Shown: piece after piece, positions 42,900 through 59,200 of the stretch
Numbering within the stretch: position 1 is the stretch's first letter
Layout: every line of letters starts with the position of its first letter
Translations under genes and position numbers: made by a program
From: the human T2T-CHM13v2.0 reference genome, Homo sapiens
Direction: 5' to 3' (one strand)
DNA length: 64,000 bases
Assembly (NCBI RefSeq): GCF_009914755.1
Contig: NC_060946.1
The notes under the pieces: generated by a model
Told to the model about the DNA's origin: nothing
What the model saw: the letters and a program-made list of their open reading frames with translations, nothing else
The model's database searches: none

Positions 42900-45800
42900 A
42901 GTTTCTAATCGGGTTGATTCCAATCCATTACATTATATTCAAGTCCTTTCCATTCCATGCCATTCCACTCGTGTTCTTTCCATTTTGTTGTATTCCATTC
43001 CATTCCATTCCATTCCATTCCATTCCATTGCATTCCATTCCATTGCAATCCATTCCACTGGGGTTGCTTCCATTCCGTTCCATTAGTTTCCATTCCATTC
43101 CATTCCTTTCCATTCCATTCCATTCCATTCCATACCATTCCATCAAAGTTGATTGCATGTTATTCCATTCCATTCAATTCCATTCCATTCCATTCCATTC
43201 CTTTCCTTTCCACTTGGGTTGATTCCATTCCATTCAATTCCGTTCCATTCCTTTCCATTCCATTCCATTCCAGTTCATTCCATTGCATTCCACTCGGGTT
43301 GATTCCATTCCGTTCCGTTCCATTCCATTCCATTCCATACCATTCCATTCTATTCCCTTCAGGTTGATTCCTTTCCATTCCATTCCATTGCATACCATTC
43401 CACCCCATTCCGTTCCATTCCATTCGCGATGATTCCGTTCCATTCCATGCCCTTTTATTCCATTCCATTCCATTCCATTCCCTTCCATACCATTCCACCA
43501 AAGTTGATTGCATGTTATTCCATTCCATTCCATTCCATTCCATTCCATTCCATTCCATTCCATTCCATTCCTTTCCACTCGTGTTGATTTCATTCCATTC
43601 AATTCTGCTCCGTTCCATTCCGTTGCATTCCATTGTATTTTATTCCATTGCATTCCACTCGTGTTGATTCCATTCCATTCCATTCCATTCCATTGCATTC
43701 CATTCCATTCCATTCCGTACCCTTCGAGTTGATTCCATTCCATTCCATTCCATTCCATACCATTCCACTCCATTCCGTTCCATTCCATTCGGGTTGATTC
43801 TGTCCCATTCCATGACCTTTTATTCCATTCCATTCCATTCCATTCCATTCCATTCCATTCCATTCCATTCCATACCATTCCACCAAAGGTGATTGCATGT
43901 TAATCCATTCCATTCCATTCCATTCCATTCCATTCCTTTCCACTCAGGTTGATTCCATTCCTTTTGATTCCGTTCCGTTCTGATCCATTCCATTCGATTC
44001 CATTCCATTCCGTTTCATTCCATTGCATTCCACTCCGGTTGATTCCATTCCATTCCATTCCATTCCACTGCATTCTATTCCATACCCTTGGGGTTGATTC
44101 CTTTCCAGTCCATTCAATTCAACACCATTCCACTCCATTCCGTTCCATTCCATTCGTGTTGATTCCATTCCATTCCGTTCCATTCCATTCGATTCCATAC
44201 CATTCCACTAGGGTTGATTCCATACCATTCCATTCCATTGCATTCCATTCCATTCCATTCCACTCGGGTTGATTCCATTAAATTCCATTCCATTCCATTC
44301 CTTTCCATTCCATTAGTTTCTAATTGGGTTGATTCCAATCCATTCCATTATATTCAAGTCCTATCCATTCCATGCCATTCCACTCGGGTTGTTTCCATTT
44401 TGTTGTATTCCATTCCATTCCATTCCATTCCATTCCATTCCATTCCATTCCATTCCATTCCATTCCTTTCCATTGCATTCCATTCCACTCGGGTTGTTTC
44501 CATTCCGTTCCATTAGTTTCCATTGCATTCCATTCCTTTCCATTCCATTCTATTCCATTCCATTCCATGCCATTCCATTCCATTCCTTTCCACTCAGGGT
44601 GATTCCATTCCATTCCATTCCAATGCATTCCATTCCCGTTGATACCATTGCATTGCATTGTTTCCAGTCCATTCCATTCCATTACACTACATTCCATTCC
44701 AGTCGGTTTGATTCATTTCCATTCCATTCCATTGCATTCCTCTCGGGTTGATTCCATTCCATTCCATTCCATTGCATTCCATTCCATTCCATTGCATTCA
44801 TTTCCATTCCATTCCACTCGTGTTTATTCCCTTCCATTCAATTCCATTCCATTCCATTCCATTCCATTTCATGCCATTCCATTCCATTGCATTCCATTCC
44901 ATTCCATTCCACTCGTGTTGATTCCCTTCCATTCCATTCCATTCCATTCCACTTGAGTTGATTCTATTCCATTCCTTTACATTTCATTCCATACCATTCC
45001 ATTCCATTCCATACCATTCCATTCCATTCCATTCCGTTCCATTCCATTCGTGTTGATTCCATTCCATTCCATTCCACTCCATTCCAATCCATTACATTCC
45101 ACTCGGGTTGAATACATTCCTTTCCATTCTATTCCATTCCATTCCTCTCCAATCCATTCCATTCCATTCAATTCCACTTGGATTCAATCTATTTTTTCCA
45201 TTCCATTCCGTTCTGTTCCATTCCATTCCATTGCATTAGATACCATTCCATTCCACTCGGGTTGATTCCATTCCGTTACTTTCCATTTTATTCCATTCCA
45301 TTCCATTCCATTCCATTCCATTCCATTCCACTCCATTCCATTCCACTGCAATCCATTCCACTCCACTCCGGTTGATGCCATACAATTCCATTCCATTTCA
45401 TTCCATTCCATTTCACTCAGGTTGATTCCATTCCATTCCATTCATTTTTATTCCATTCCTTTCCGTTCCATTCCATTCCGTTCCATACCATTCCACTCTG
45501 GTTGATTCCATACCATTCTATTCCATCCCATTCCATGAAATTCTACTCCATTCCATTCCACTCGTGTTGATTCCTTTCCATTCCATTCCATTCGGTTTTT
45601 TTCCATTCCATTCCATTCCATTCCACTCCATTCCATTCCATTCAATTTCACTCGGATGGATTCCATTCCATTCCATTCCAATCCATTCCATTCCATTCCA
45701 TTCCTTTCCATTCGGGTTCATTCCATTCCATTCCATTCCATTTCATTCCTTTCCATTCGGGTTCATTCCATTCCATTCCATTCCATTCCATTGCATTCCG

Positions 45801-48800
45801 TTCCATTCCATTCCAATCCATTCCATTCCATTCCACTCGGGTTGATTCCATTTCGTTCCTTTCCATTCCATTCCATTCCATTCCATTCCATTCCATTCCG
45901 TTCCATTCAATTCGTGTTGATTCCATTCCATTCCACTCCAATACATTCCATTCCATTCCTTTCCACTCGAGTTGATTCCATTTCTTTCCTTTCCATTCCA
46001 TTCCATTCCGTTCCATTCAATTCGTGTTGATTCCATTCCATTCCGCTAAAATCCATTCCATTCCATTCCAATCCATTGCATTCCATTCAATTCCACTCGC
46101 ATTCAATCTATTCCATTGAATTTCATTCCGTTTTGTTCCATTCCATTCCACTGCATTCCATACCTGTCCATTCCACTCAGGATGATTCCGTTCCATTCCA
46201 TTATATTCGGTTCCATTCCATTCCATTCCATTCCATTCAATTCCACTCTGGTTGATTCCATTCCATTCCATTGCGTTCCATTCCATTCCACTCGGGTTGT
46301 TTCCATTTCATTCCTTTCCATTTCATTCTATTCCATTCCATTCCATTCCATTCTATTCCATTCCATTCCACTCCTTTCCATTCCATTCCTCTCCGGTTAT
46401 TCCATTCCATTCCATTCCATTCCATTCCATTCCATTCGGTTTGTTTCCATTCCATTCCATTCCATTTTATTCCATTCCATTCCATTCCATTCCATTCCAT
46501 TACATACCATTCCACTCGGGTTGATTCCATACCATTCTATTCCATTCCATTTCATTAAATTCCATTCCATTCTATTCCACTCGGTTAGATTCCATTCCAT
46601 TCCATTCCATTCCATTCCATTAGTTTTTAATTGGGTTGATTTCAATCCATTCCATTATATTCCAGTCCTTTCCATTCCATGCCATTCCACTCGAGTTCTT
46701 TCCATTTTGTTGTATTCCATTCCATTCCATTCCATTCCATTCCATTCCATTCCATTCCATTGCATTCCTTTGCATTCCATTCCACATGGGTTTTTTCCAT
46801 TCCGTTCCATTAGTTTCCATTCCATTCCATTCCTTTCCATTCGATTCCATTCCATTCCATTCCATTCCATTCCATTTCTTTCCACTCAGGGAGATTCCAT
46901 TCCATTCCATTCCAATGCATTCCATTCCAGTTGATGCCATTGCATTGCATTGTTTCCTTTTGATTCCATTCCATTCCATTCCATTCCATTCCATACCATT
47001 CCATTCCATTCCATACCATTCCATCAAAGTTGAGTGCATGCTATTCCATTCCATTCCATTCCTTTCAATTCAATTCCATTCCTTTCCACTTGGGTTGATA
47101 CCATTCCATTCAATTCCGTTCCGTCCCGTCCCGTTTCGTTCCGTTCCATTCCATTCCATTTCATTCCATTGCATTCCACTCAGGTTGATTCCATTCCATT
47201 CCATTCCATTGCATTCCATTCCATACCCTTTGGGTTGATTCCATTCCATTCGATTCCATTCCGTACCATTCCACTGCATTCCATTCCATTCCATTCGGGT
47301 TGATTCCGTTCCATTCCAGGCCCTTTTATTCCATTCCATCCCATTCCATTCCATTCCATACCATTAAACCTAAATTGATTGCATGTTATTGCATTCCATT
47401 CAATTCTATTCCATTCCGTTCCATTCCATTCCATTCCGTTCCATTCCTTTCACTTGGTTTTATTCCACTCCATTCCATTCCATTCCATTCCATTCCTTTC
47501 CACTCCATTCCATTCCACTCCACTCCGGTTGATTCCATTAAATTCCATTCCATTTCATTCCATTCCGTTTCACTCGAGTTGATTCCATTCCATTCCATTC
47601 CATTTTATTCCATTCCATTCTGTTCCATTCCTTTCCATTCCATACCTTTCCACTCCGGTTGATTCCATGCCATTCCATTCCATGAAATTCCATTCCATTC
47701 CACTAAACTCGTGTTGATTCCTTTCCATTCCATTCCACTTCATTCCATTCGTGTTCATTCCATTCCGTTCCGTTCCATTCCATTCCATTCATTTCCATTC
47801 CTTTCCATTGCACTCCACTGGGGTTGATTCCATTCCATTCCATTCTATTTCATTCCGTTCAAATAAATTCCATTCCATTCTATTCCATTGCATTCCAGTT
47901 CATTCCATTCCTTTCCATTCTATTCCATTCCCTTCCATTCCATTCCATTCCCTTCCATTCCATTCCATTCAATTCTATTCCGTTGCATTGGGATCTGGTT
48001 GATTCCAATCCATTCCATTACATTCCAGTCTTTTCCATTCCATTCCATTCCACTCGGTTTGTTTCCATTACGTTGAATTGTATTCCATTCCATTCCATTC
48101 CATTCCATTCCATTGAAATTCATTGCATTTCATTCCACTCGGTTTGTTTCCTTTCCATTCCATTAGTTTCCAATAAATTCCATTCCTTTCATTCCATTCC
48201 ATTCCATTCCACTCAGGTTGATTCCGTTCCATTCCATTCCATTCCATTCCATTCTAGTTGATTCCATTGCATTCCGTGCTGTTCCATTCCATTCCACTCC
48301 ATTCGAATCCATTCCACATGGGTTGATTCCATTCCATTCCATTCCATTCAATTACCTTCCATTGCGTTCCACTCGGGTTGATTCCATTCCATTCCATTGC
48401 ATTCCATTCCATTCCATTGCATTGCATTTCCTTCCATTCCAGTTGATTCCATTCCATTCCATTCCATTCCATTCCATTCCATTCCATTCTATTCCACTAG
48501 GGTTAATTTCATTCGATTCCATTCCATTCCTGTTTTCCCTTCCATTCCATTCCATTCCATTCCACTCGGGTTGACTACATTCCATGCCATTGCATTCCAT
48601 TGCATTCCATTCGTTTCTATTACATTCCATTATTTTCTATTCCATTCCTTTCCACTCGAGTTGATTCCATTCCATTCTATTCCATTCCATTCTATTCCAT
48701 TCCGTACCGATCCATTCCATTCCATTCCATTCCATTTCAATCGGGTTGATTCCATTCCATTCAATTCTATTCCATTCCATTCCATTCCATTCCACTCGGA

Positions 48801-51800
48801 TGATTCCATTCCTTTCCATTCCATTCCATTTAAATTCATTGCATTGCTTTCCAGTTGAATCCATTGGATTCAATTCCGTTCCATTCCATTCCATTCCACT
48901 CGAGTTGATTCCACTCCGTTACATTGGATTACATTCCACTTCATTCCTATCAGGTGGATTCCATTCCATTCCATTCCATTCCATTCCTCTCCGGTTGATT
49001 CCATTCCGTTCCTTGCCATTCCATTCCATTCCATTCCATTCCGTTCCATTCCATTCGTGTTGATTCTATTCCATTCCACTGCAATCCATTCCATTCCATT
49101 CCAATCCATTCCATTCCATTCAAATCCACTCGCATTCAATCTATTCCATTGCATTTCATTCCGTTCTGTTCCATTCCATTCCATTGCATTCCATACCATT
49201 CCATTCCACTCGGGATGATTCCATTGCATTCCATTATATTCCATTCCATTCCATTCCATTCCAATCCATTCCATTCCACTCGGGTTGATTCCATTCCATT
49301 CCATTCCATTCCATTCCATTCCATTCCTTTCCATTCCATTCCATTCCATTCCACTCGTGTTGTTTCCATTCCATTCCTTTCCATTTCATTCTATTCCATT
49401 CCATTCCATTCCATTCCATTCCATTCCATTCCATTCTATTCCATTCCATTCCACTCCATTCCATTCCATTCCTCTCCGGTTATTCCATTCAATTCCGTTC
49501 CATTCCACTCGGTTTTTTTTCCATTCCATTGCATTCCATTTTATTCCATTCCATTCCATTCCATTCCATTCCATTAAATTCCATTCTATTCCGTTCCACT
49601 CAGGTAGATTCCATTCCATTCCATTCCATTCCATTCCATTCCATTCCATTCCATTCCATTCCATTCCATTAGTTTCTAATGTGGTTGATTCCAATCCTTT
49701 CCATTATATTTAAGTCCTTTCCATTCCATGCCATTCCACTCGAGTTCTTTCCATTTTGTTGGATTCCATTCCATTCCATTCCATTCCATTCCATTCCATT
49801 CCTTTCCATTCCATTCCATCCCATTGCATACCATTCCATCAAATTTCATTGCATGTTATTCCATTCCATTCCATTCCCTTCCATTCCATTCCATTCCACT
49901 CCATTCCTTTCCACTCGGGTTGATTCTATTCCATTCAATTCCGTTCCTTTCCGTTCCATTCCATTCAATTCCATTTCATTCCATTGCATTCCACTCGGGT
50001 TTATTCCATTCTATTCCATTCCATTCCATTCCATTCCATTCCATTCCATTCCATTCCTTTCGGGTTGATTCCTTTCCATTCCATTCCATTCCATACCATT
50101 TCACTCCATTCCGTTCCATTCCATTCGGGTTGATTCCGTTCCATTCCATGCCCTTTTATGCCTTTCCATTCCATTCCATTCCCTTCCATACCATTCCACC
50201 AATGTTGATTGCATGTTATTCCATTCCATTCCATTCCATTCCATTCCATTCCATTGCATTCCGTTCCATTCTACTCGGGTTGATTTCATTCCACTCATTT
50301 CCATTCCGTGCCATTCCGATCCATTCCATTCCATTTCATTCCTGTGCTTTCCACTCGTGTTGATTCCATTCCATTCCATTCCATTCCATACCCTTCGAGT
50401 TGATTCCTTTCCATTCCATTCCATTCCATACCATTCCACTCCATTCCGTTCCATTCCATTCGGGTTGATTCCGTTCCATTCCATGACCTTTTATTCCATT
50501 TCATTCCGTTCCATTCCATTCCATTCCTTTCCATTCCATACCATTCCACCAAAGTTGATTGCATGTTATTCTATTTCATTCCCTTCCATTCCATTCCATT
50601 ACATTCCTTTCCACTCGGGTTGATTCCATTCCTTTCAATTCCGTTCCATTCCGCTCCGTTCCGTTCCATTCCATTCCATTACATTCCATGGCATTCCACT
50701 CGGGTTGATTCCATTCCATTCCATTCCATTCTATTCCATACACTTCGGGTTGATTCCTTTCCATTCCATTCCATTCCATACCATTCCACTCCATTCCGTT
50801 CCATTCCATTCGTGTTGATTCCATTCCGTTCCATTCCATTCCATTCCATTCCATTCCATACCATTCCACTATGGTTTATTCCATACCATTCCATTCCATT
50901 GCATTCCATTCCATTCCATTCCACTCGGGTTGATTCCATTCCATTCCATTCCATTCCATTCCATTCCTTTCCTTTCAACTCGGGTTGATTTTATTCCATT
51001 CAATTCCGTTCCGTTCCATTCCATTCCATTCCATTCCATTTCATTCCATTGCATTCCACTCGTGTTGACTCCATTCCATTCCATTCCATTGCATTCCATT
51101 CCATTCCATTCCATACCCTTCGAGTTGATTCCTTTCCATTCCATTCCATTCCACACCATTCCAATCCATTCCGTTCCATTCCATTCGGGTTGATTCCGTT
51201 CCATTCCATGACCTTTTATTCCATTCCATTCCATTCTATTCCATACCATTCGGGGTGATTCCTTTCCATTCCATTCCATTCCATTCCATACCATTCCACT
51301 CCATTCCGTTCCATTCCATTCGGGTTAAGTCCATTCCGTTCCATTCCGTTCCATTCCATTCCATACCATTCCACTAGGGTTGATTCCATACCATTCCATT
51401 CCATTGCATTCCATTCCATTCCATTCCACTCGGGTTGATTCCATTCCGTTCCATTCCATTCCACTGCATTCCATTACATTCCATTCCACTCCAGTTAATT
51501 CCGTTCCATTCCATTCCAATCCATTCCATTCCATTGGGGTCCATTCCATTCCATTCCTTTCCATTCTGTTCCGTTCCGATCCATTCCATTCAATTCCATT
51601 CCATTCCATTCCATTCCATTCATTCCTTTCCATTCCATTCCATTCCACTCGGGTTGATTCCATTCCATTCCATTCCATACCATTCCATTCCATTAAATTC
51701 CATTCCATTCCATTCCACTCGGGTAGATTCCATTCCATTCCATTCCATTGCATTCCATTCCATTCCAATGCTTTCCATTAGTTTCTAATCGGGTTGATTC

Positions 51801-53236
51801 CAATCCATTCCATTATATTCAAGTCCTTTCCATTCCATGCCATTCCACTCGGGTTGTTTCCATTATGTTGTATTCCATTCCATTCCATTCCATTCCATTG
51901 CATTCCCTTCCATTCCATTCCATTCCATTCCATTCCATTGCATTCCATTCCACTCAGGTTGTTTCCTTTCAGTTGCATTAGTTTCCATTCCATTCCATTC
52001 CTTTCCATTCCATTCCACTCAGGGTGATTCCATTCCTTTCCATTCAAATTCTTTCCATTCCTGTTGATACCATTGCATTGCATTGTTTCCATTCCATTCC
52101 ATTCCATTCCATTCCATTCCACTCGGTTTTATTCCTTTCCATTCCATTCCATCCCATTCCATTCCGCTCCATTCCATTCCATTCAATTCAATTCCATTCC
52201 ATTCCACTCCATTCCATTCCACTCTTGTTCATTCCATTCCATTCCATTCCATTCTATCCCGTTCCTTTCCATTCTATTCCGTTCCTTTCCATTCCCTCAC
52301 ACTCGTGTTCATTCCATTCCGTTCCTTTGCATTCCATTCCATTCATTTCCATTCCTTTCCATTGAACTCCACTTGGTTGATTCCATTCCATTCCATTCTA
52401 TTCCATTCCGTTCAATTAAATTCCATTCCATTCCATTCCCTTGCATTCCAGTTCATTCCATTCGTTTCCATTCCATTCCATTCCCTTCCATTCCATTCCA
52501 TTCCCTTCCATTCCATTCCGTTCAATTCTATTCCGTTGCATTGGAATCGGGTTGATTCCAATCAATTCCATTACATTCCAGTCTATTCCATTCCATTCCA
52601 TTCCACTCGGTTTGTTTCCATTACGTTGAATTGCATTCCATTCCATTCCATTCCATTCCATTCCATTCCATTCCATTCCATTGAAATTCATTGCATTTCA
52701 TTCCACTCGGTTTGTTTCCTTTCCATTCCATTAGTTTCCAATAAATTCCATTCCATTCATTCCATTCCATTCCATTCCACTCAGGTTGATTCCATTCCAT
52801 TCCATTCCATTCGATTCCATTCTAGTTGATTCCATTGCATTCCGTGCTGTTCCATTCCATTCCACTCCATTCGAATCCATTCCACTTGGGTTGATTCCAT
52901 TCAATTCCATTCCATTCAATTACCTTCCATTGCATTCCACTCGGGTTGATTCCATTCCATTCCATTCCATTGCATTTCCTTCCATTCCATTCCATTCCAC
53001 TCCATTCCATTCCATTCAATTCAATTCCACTCCATTCCAATCCACTCGTGTTCATTCCATTCCATTCCATTCTTTCCCGTTCCTTTCCATTCTATTCCGT
53101 TTCATTCCACTCCCTTACACTCGTGTTCATTCCATTCCGTTCCGTTCCATTCCATTCCATTCATTTCCGTTCCTTTCCATTTCACTCCACTCGGGTTGAT
53201 TCCATTCCATTCCATTCCATTCCATTCCTTTCCATT
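42900..53236 (+). repeat. Higher-order repeat copy 3 (10,337 bp deletion derivative)
   Basis: Colinear with copy 2 up to 52131, where sequence equivalent to 36806 joins sequence equivalent to 41799. Confidence 0.9.
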
Positions 53237-56200
53237 AGTTTCTAATCGGGTTGATTCCAATCCATTACATTATATTCAAGTCCTTTCCATTCCATGCCAT
53301 TCCACTCGTGTTCTTTCCATTTTGTTGTATTCCATTCCATTCCATTCCATTCCATTCCATTCCATTCCATTCCATTGCATTCCATTCCATTGCAATCCAT
53401 TCCACTGGGGTTGCTTCCATTCCGTTCCATTAGTTTCCATTCCATTCCATTCCTTTCCATTCCATTCCATTCCATTCCATACCATTCCATCAAAGTTGAT
53501 TGCATGTTATTCCATTCCATTCAATTCCATTCCATTCCATTCCATTCCTTTCCTTTCCACTCGGGTTGATTCCATTCCATTCAATTCCGTTCCGTTCCTT
53601 TCCATTCCATTCCATTCCAGTTCATTCCATTGCATTCCACTCGGGTTGATTCCATTCCATTCCGTTCCATTCCATTCCATTCCATACCATTCCATTCTAT
53701 TCCCTTCAGGTTGATTCCTTTCCATTCCATTCCATTGCATACCATTCCACCCCATTCCGTTCCATTCCATTCGCGATGATTCCGTTCCATTCCATGCCCT
53801 TTTATTCCATTCCATTCCATTCCATTCCCTTCCATACCATTCCACCAAAGTTGATTGCATGTTATTCCATTCCATTCCATTCCATTCCATTCCATTCCAT
53901 TCCATTCCTTTCCACTCGTGTTGATTTCATTCCATTCAATTCTGCTCCGTTCCATTCCGTTGCATTCCATTGTATTTTATTCCATTGCATTCCACTCGTG
54001 TTGATTCCATTCCATTCCATTCCATTCCATTGCATTCCATTCCATTCCATTCCGTACCCTTCGAGTTGATTCCATTCCATTCCATTCCATTCCATACCAT
54101 TCCACTCCATTCCGTTCCATTCCATTCGGGTTGATTCTGTCCCATTCCATGACCTTTTATTCCATTCCATTCCATTCCATTCCATTCCATTCCATTCCAT
54201 TCCATACCATTCCACCAAAGGTGATTGCATGTTAATCCATTCCATTCCATTCCATTCCATTCCATTCCATTCCTTTCCACTCAGGTTGATTCCATTCCTT
54301 TTGATTCCGTTCCGTTTTGATCCATTCCATTCGATTCCATTCCATTCCGTTTCATTCCATTGCATTCCACTCCGGTTGATTCCATTCCATTCCATTCCAT
54401 TCCACTGCATTCTATTCCATACCCTTGGGGTTGATTCCTTTCCAGTCCATTCAATTCAACACCATTCCACTCCATTCCGTTCCATTCCATTCGTGTTGAT
54501 TCCATTCCATTCCGTTCCATTCCATTCGATTCCATACCATTCCACTAGGGTTGATTCCATACCATTCCATTCCATTGCATTCCATTCCATTCCATTCCAC
54601 TCGGGTTGATTCCATTAAATTCCATTCCATTCCATTCCTTTCCATTCCATTAGTTTCTAATCGGGTTGATTCCAATCCATTCCATTATATTCAAGTCCTA
54701 TCCATTCCATGCCATTCCACTCGGGTTGTTTCCATTTTGTTGTATTCCATTCCATTCCATTCCATTCCATTCCATTCCATTCCATTCCATTCCATTCCTT
54801 TCCATTGCATTCCATTCCACTCGGGTTGTTTCCATTCCGTTCCATTAGTTTCCATTGCATTCCATTCCTTTCCATTCCATTCTATTCCATTCCATTCCAT
54901 GCCATTCCATTCCATTCCTTTCCACTCAGGGTGATTCCATTCCATTCCATTCCAATGCATTCCATTCCCGTTGATACCATTGCATTGCATTGTTTCCAGT
55001 CCATTCCATTCCATTACACTACATTCCATTCCAGTCGGTTTGATTCATTTCCATTCCATTCCATTGCATTCCTCTCGGGTTGATTCCATTCCATTCCATT
55101 CCATTGCATTCCATTCCATTCCATTGCATTCATTTCCATTCCATTCCACTCGTGTTTATTCCCTTCCATTCAATTCCATTCCATTCCATTCCATTCCATT
55201 TCATGCCATTCCATTCCATTGCATTCCATTCCATTCCATTCCACTCGTGTTGATTCCCTTCCATTCCATTCCATTCCATTCCACTTGAGTTGATTCTATT
55301 CCATTCCTTTACATTTCATTCCATACCATTCCATTCCATTCCATACCATTCCATTCCATTCCATTCCGTTCCATTCCATTCGTGTTGATTCCATTCCATT
55401 CCATTCCACTCCATTCCAATCCATTACATTCCACTCGGGTTGAATACATTCCTTTCCATTCTATTCCATTCCATTCCTCTCCAATCCATTCCATTCCATT
55501 CAATTCCACTTGGATTCAATCTATTTTTTCCATTCCATTCCGTTCTGTTCCATTCCATTCCATTGCATTAGATACCATTCCATTCCACTCGGGTTGATTC
55601 CATTCCGTTACTTTCCATTTTATTCCATTCCATTCCATTCCATTCCATTCCATTCCATTCCACTCCATTCCATTCCACTGCAATCCATTCCACTCCACTC
55701 CGGTTGATGCCATACAATTCCATTCCATTTCATTCCATTCCATTTCACTCAGGTTGATTCCATTCCATTCCATTCATTTTTATTCCATTCCTTTCCGTTC
55801 CATTCCATTCCGTTCCATACCATTCCACTCTGGTTGATTCCATACCATTCTATTCCATCCCATTCCATGAAATTCTACTCCATTCCATTCCACTCGTGTT
55901 GATTCCTTTCCATTCCATTCCATTCGGTTTTTTTCCATTCCATTCCATTCCATTCCACTCCATTCCATTCCATTCAATTTCACTCGGATGGATTCCATTC
56001 CATTCCATTCCAATCCATTCCATTCCATTCCATTCCTTTCCATTCGGGTTCATTCCATTCCATTCCATTCCATTTCATTCCTTTCCATTCGGGTTCATTC
56101 CATTCCATTCCATTCCATTCCATTGCATTCCGTTCCATTCCATTCCAATCCATTCCATTCCATTCCACTCGGGTTGATTCCATTTCGTTCCTTTCCATTC

Positions 56201-59200
56201 CATTCCATTCCATTCCATTCCATTCCATTCCGTTCCATTCAATTCGTGTTGATTCCATTCCATTCCACTCCAATACATTCCATTCCATTCCTTTCCACTC
56301 GAGTTGATTCCATTTCTTTCCTTTCCATTCCATTCCATTCCGTTCCATTCAATTCGTGTTGATTCCATTCCATTCCGCTAAAATCCATTCCATTCCATTC
56401 CAATCCATTGCATTCCATTCAATTCCACTCGCATTCAATCTATTCCATTGAATTTCATTCCGTTTTGTTCCATTCCATTCCACTGCATTCCATACCTGTC
56501 CATTCCACTCAGGATGATTCCGTTCCATTCCATTATATTCGGTTCCATTCCATTCCATTCCATTCCATTCAATTCCACTCTGGTTGATTCCATTCCATTC
56601 CATTGCGTTCCATTCCATTCCACTCGGGTTGTTTCCATTTCATTCCTTTCCATTTCATTCTATTCCATTCCATTCCATTCCATTCTATTCCATTCCATTC
56701 CACTCCTTTCCATTCCATTCCTCTCCGGTTATTCCATTCCATTCCATTCCATTCCATTCCATTCCATTCGGTTTGTTTCCATTCCATTCCATTCCATTTT
56801 ATTCCATTCCATTCCATTCCATTCCATTCCATTCCATTACATACCATTCCACTCGGGTTGATTCCATACCATTCTATTCCATTCCATTTCATTAAATTCC
56901 ATTCCATTCTATTCCACTCGGTTAGATTCCATTCCATTCCATTCCATTCCATTCCATTAGTTTTTAATTGGGTTGATTTCAATCCATTCCATTATATTCC
57001 AGTCCTTTCCATTCCATGCCATTCCACTCGAGTTCTTTCCATTTTGTTGTATTCCATTCCATTCCATTCCATTCCATTCCATTCCATTCCATTCCATTGC
57101 ATTCCTTTGCATTCCATTCCACATGGGTTTTTTCCATTCCGTTCCATTAGTTTCCATTCCATTCCATTCCTTTCCATTCGATTCCATTCCATTCCATTCC
57201 ATTCCATTCCATTTCTTTCCACTCAGGGAGATTCCATTCCATTCCATTCCAATGCATTCCATTCCAGTTGATGCCATTGCATTGCATTGTTTCCTTTTGA
57301 TTCCATTCCATTCCATTCCATTCCATTCCATACCATTCCATTCCATTCCATACCATTCCATCAAAGTTGAGTGCATGCTATTCCATTCCATTCCATTCCT
57401 TTCAATTCAATTCCATTCCTTTCCACTTGGGTTGATACCATTCCATTCAATTCCGTTCCGTCCCGTCCCGTTTCGTTCCATTCCATTCCATTCCATTTCA
57501 TTCCATTGCATTCCACTCAGGTTGATTCCATTCCATTCCATTCCATTGCATTCCATTCCATACCCTTTGGGTTGATTCCATTCCATTCGATTCCATTCCG
57601 TACCATTCCACTGCATTCCATTCCATTCCATTCGGGTTGATTCCGTTCCATTCCAGGCCCTTTTATTCCATTCCATCCCATTCCATTCCATTCCATACCA
57701 TTAAACCTAAATTGATTGCATGTTATTGCATTCCATTCAATTCTATTCCATTCCGTTCCATTCCATTCCATTCCGTTCCATTCCTTTCACTTGGTTTTAT
57801 TCCACTCCATTCCATTCCATTCCATTCCATTCCTTTCCACTCCATTCCATTCCACTCCACTCCGGTTGATTCCATTAAATTCCATTCCATTTCATTCCAT
57901 TCCGTTTCACTCGAGTTGATTCCATTCCATTCCATTCCATTTTATTCCATTCCATTCTGTTCCATTCCTTTCCATTCCATACCTTTCCACTCCGGTTGAT
58001 TCCATGCCATTCCATTCCATGAAATTCCATTCCATTCCACTAAACTCGTGTTGATTCCTTTCCATTCCATTCCACTTCATTCCATTCGTGTTCATTCCAT
58101 TCCGTTCCGTTCCATTCCATTCCATTCATTTCCATTCCTTTCCATTGCACTCCACTGGGGTTGATTCCATTCCATTCCATTCTATTTCATTCCGTTCAAA
58201 TAAATTCCATTCCATTCTATTCCATTGCATTCCAGTTCATTCCATTCCTTTCCATTCTATTCCATTCCCTTCCATTCCATTCCATTCCCTTCCATTCCAT
58301 TCCATTCAATTCTATTCCGTTGCATTGGGATCTGGTTGATTCCAATCCATTCCATTACATTCCAGTCTTTTCCATTCCATTCCATTCCACTCGGTTTGTT
58401 TCCATTACGTTGAATTGTATTCCATTCCATTCCATTCCATTCCATTCCATTGAAATTCATTGCATTTCATTCCACTCGGTTTGTTTCCTTTCCATTCCAT
58501 TAGTTTCCAATAAATTCCATTCCTTTCATTCCATTCCATTCCATTCCACTCAGGTTGATTCCGTTCCATTCCATTCCATTCCATTCCATTCTAGTTGATT
58601 CCATTGCATTCCGTGCTGTTCCATTCCATTCCACTCCATTCGAATCCATTCCACATGGGTTGATTCCATTCCATTCCATTCCATTCAATTACCTTCCATT
58701 GCGTTCCACTCGGGTTGATTCCATTCCATTCCATTGCATTCCATTCCATTCCATTGCATTGCATTTCCTTCCATTCCAGTTGATTCCATTCCATTCCATT
58801 CCATTCCATTCCATTCCATTCCATTCTATTCCACTAGGGTTAATTTCATTCGATTCCATTCCATTCCTGTTTTCCCTTCCATTCCATTCCATTCCATTCC
58901 ACTCGGGTTGACTACATTCCATGCCATTGCATTCCATTGCATTCCATTCGTTTCTATTACATTCCATTATTTTCTATTCCATTCCTTTCCACTCGAGTTG
59001 ATTCCATTCCATTCTATTCCATTCCATTCTATTCCATTCCGTACCGATCCATTCCATTCCATTCCATTCCATTTCAATCGGGTTGATTCCATTCCATTCA
59101 ATTCTATTCCATTCCATTCCATTCCATTCCACTCGGATGATTCCATTCCTTTCCATTCCATTCCATTTAAATTCATTGCATTGCTTTCCAGTTGAATCCA

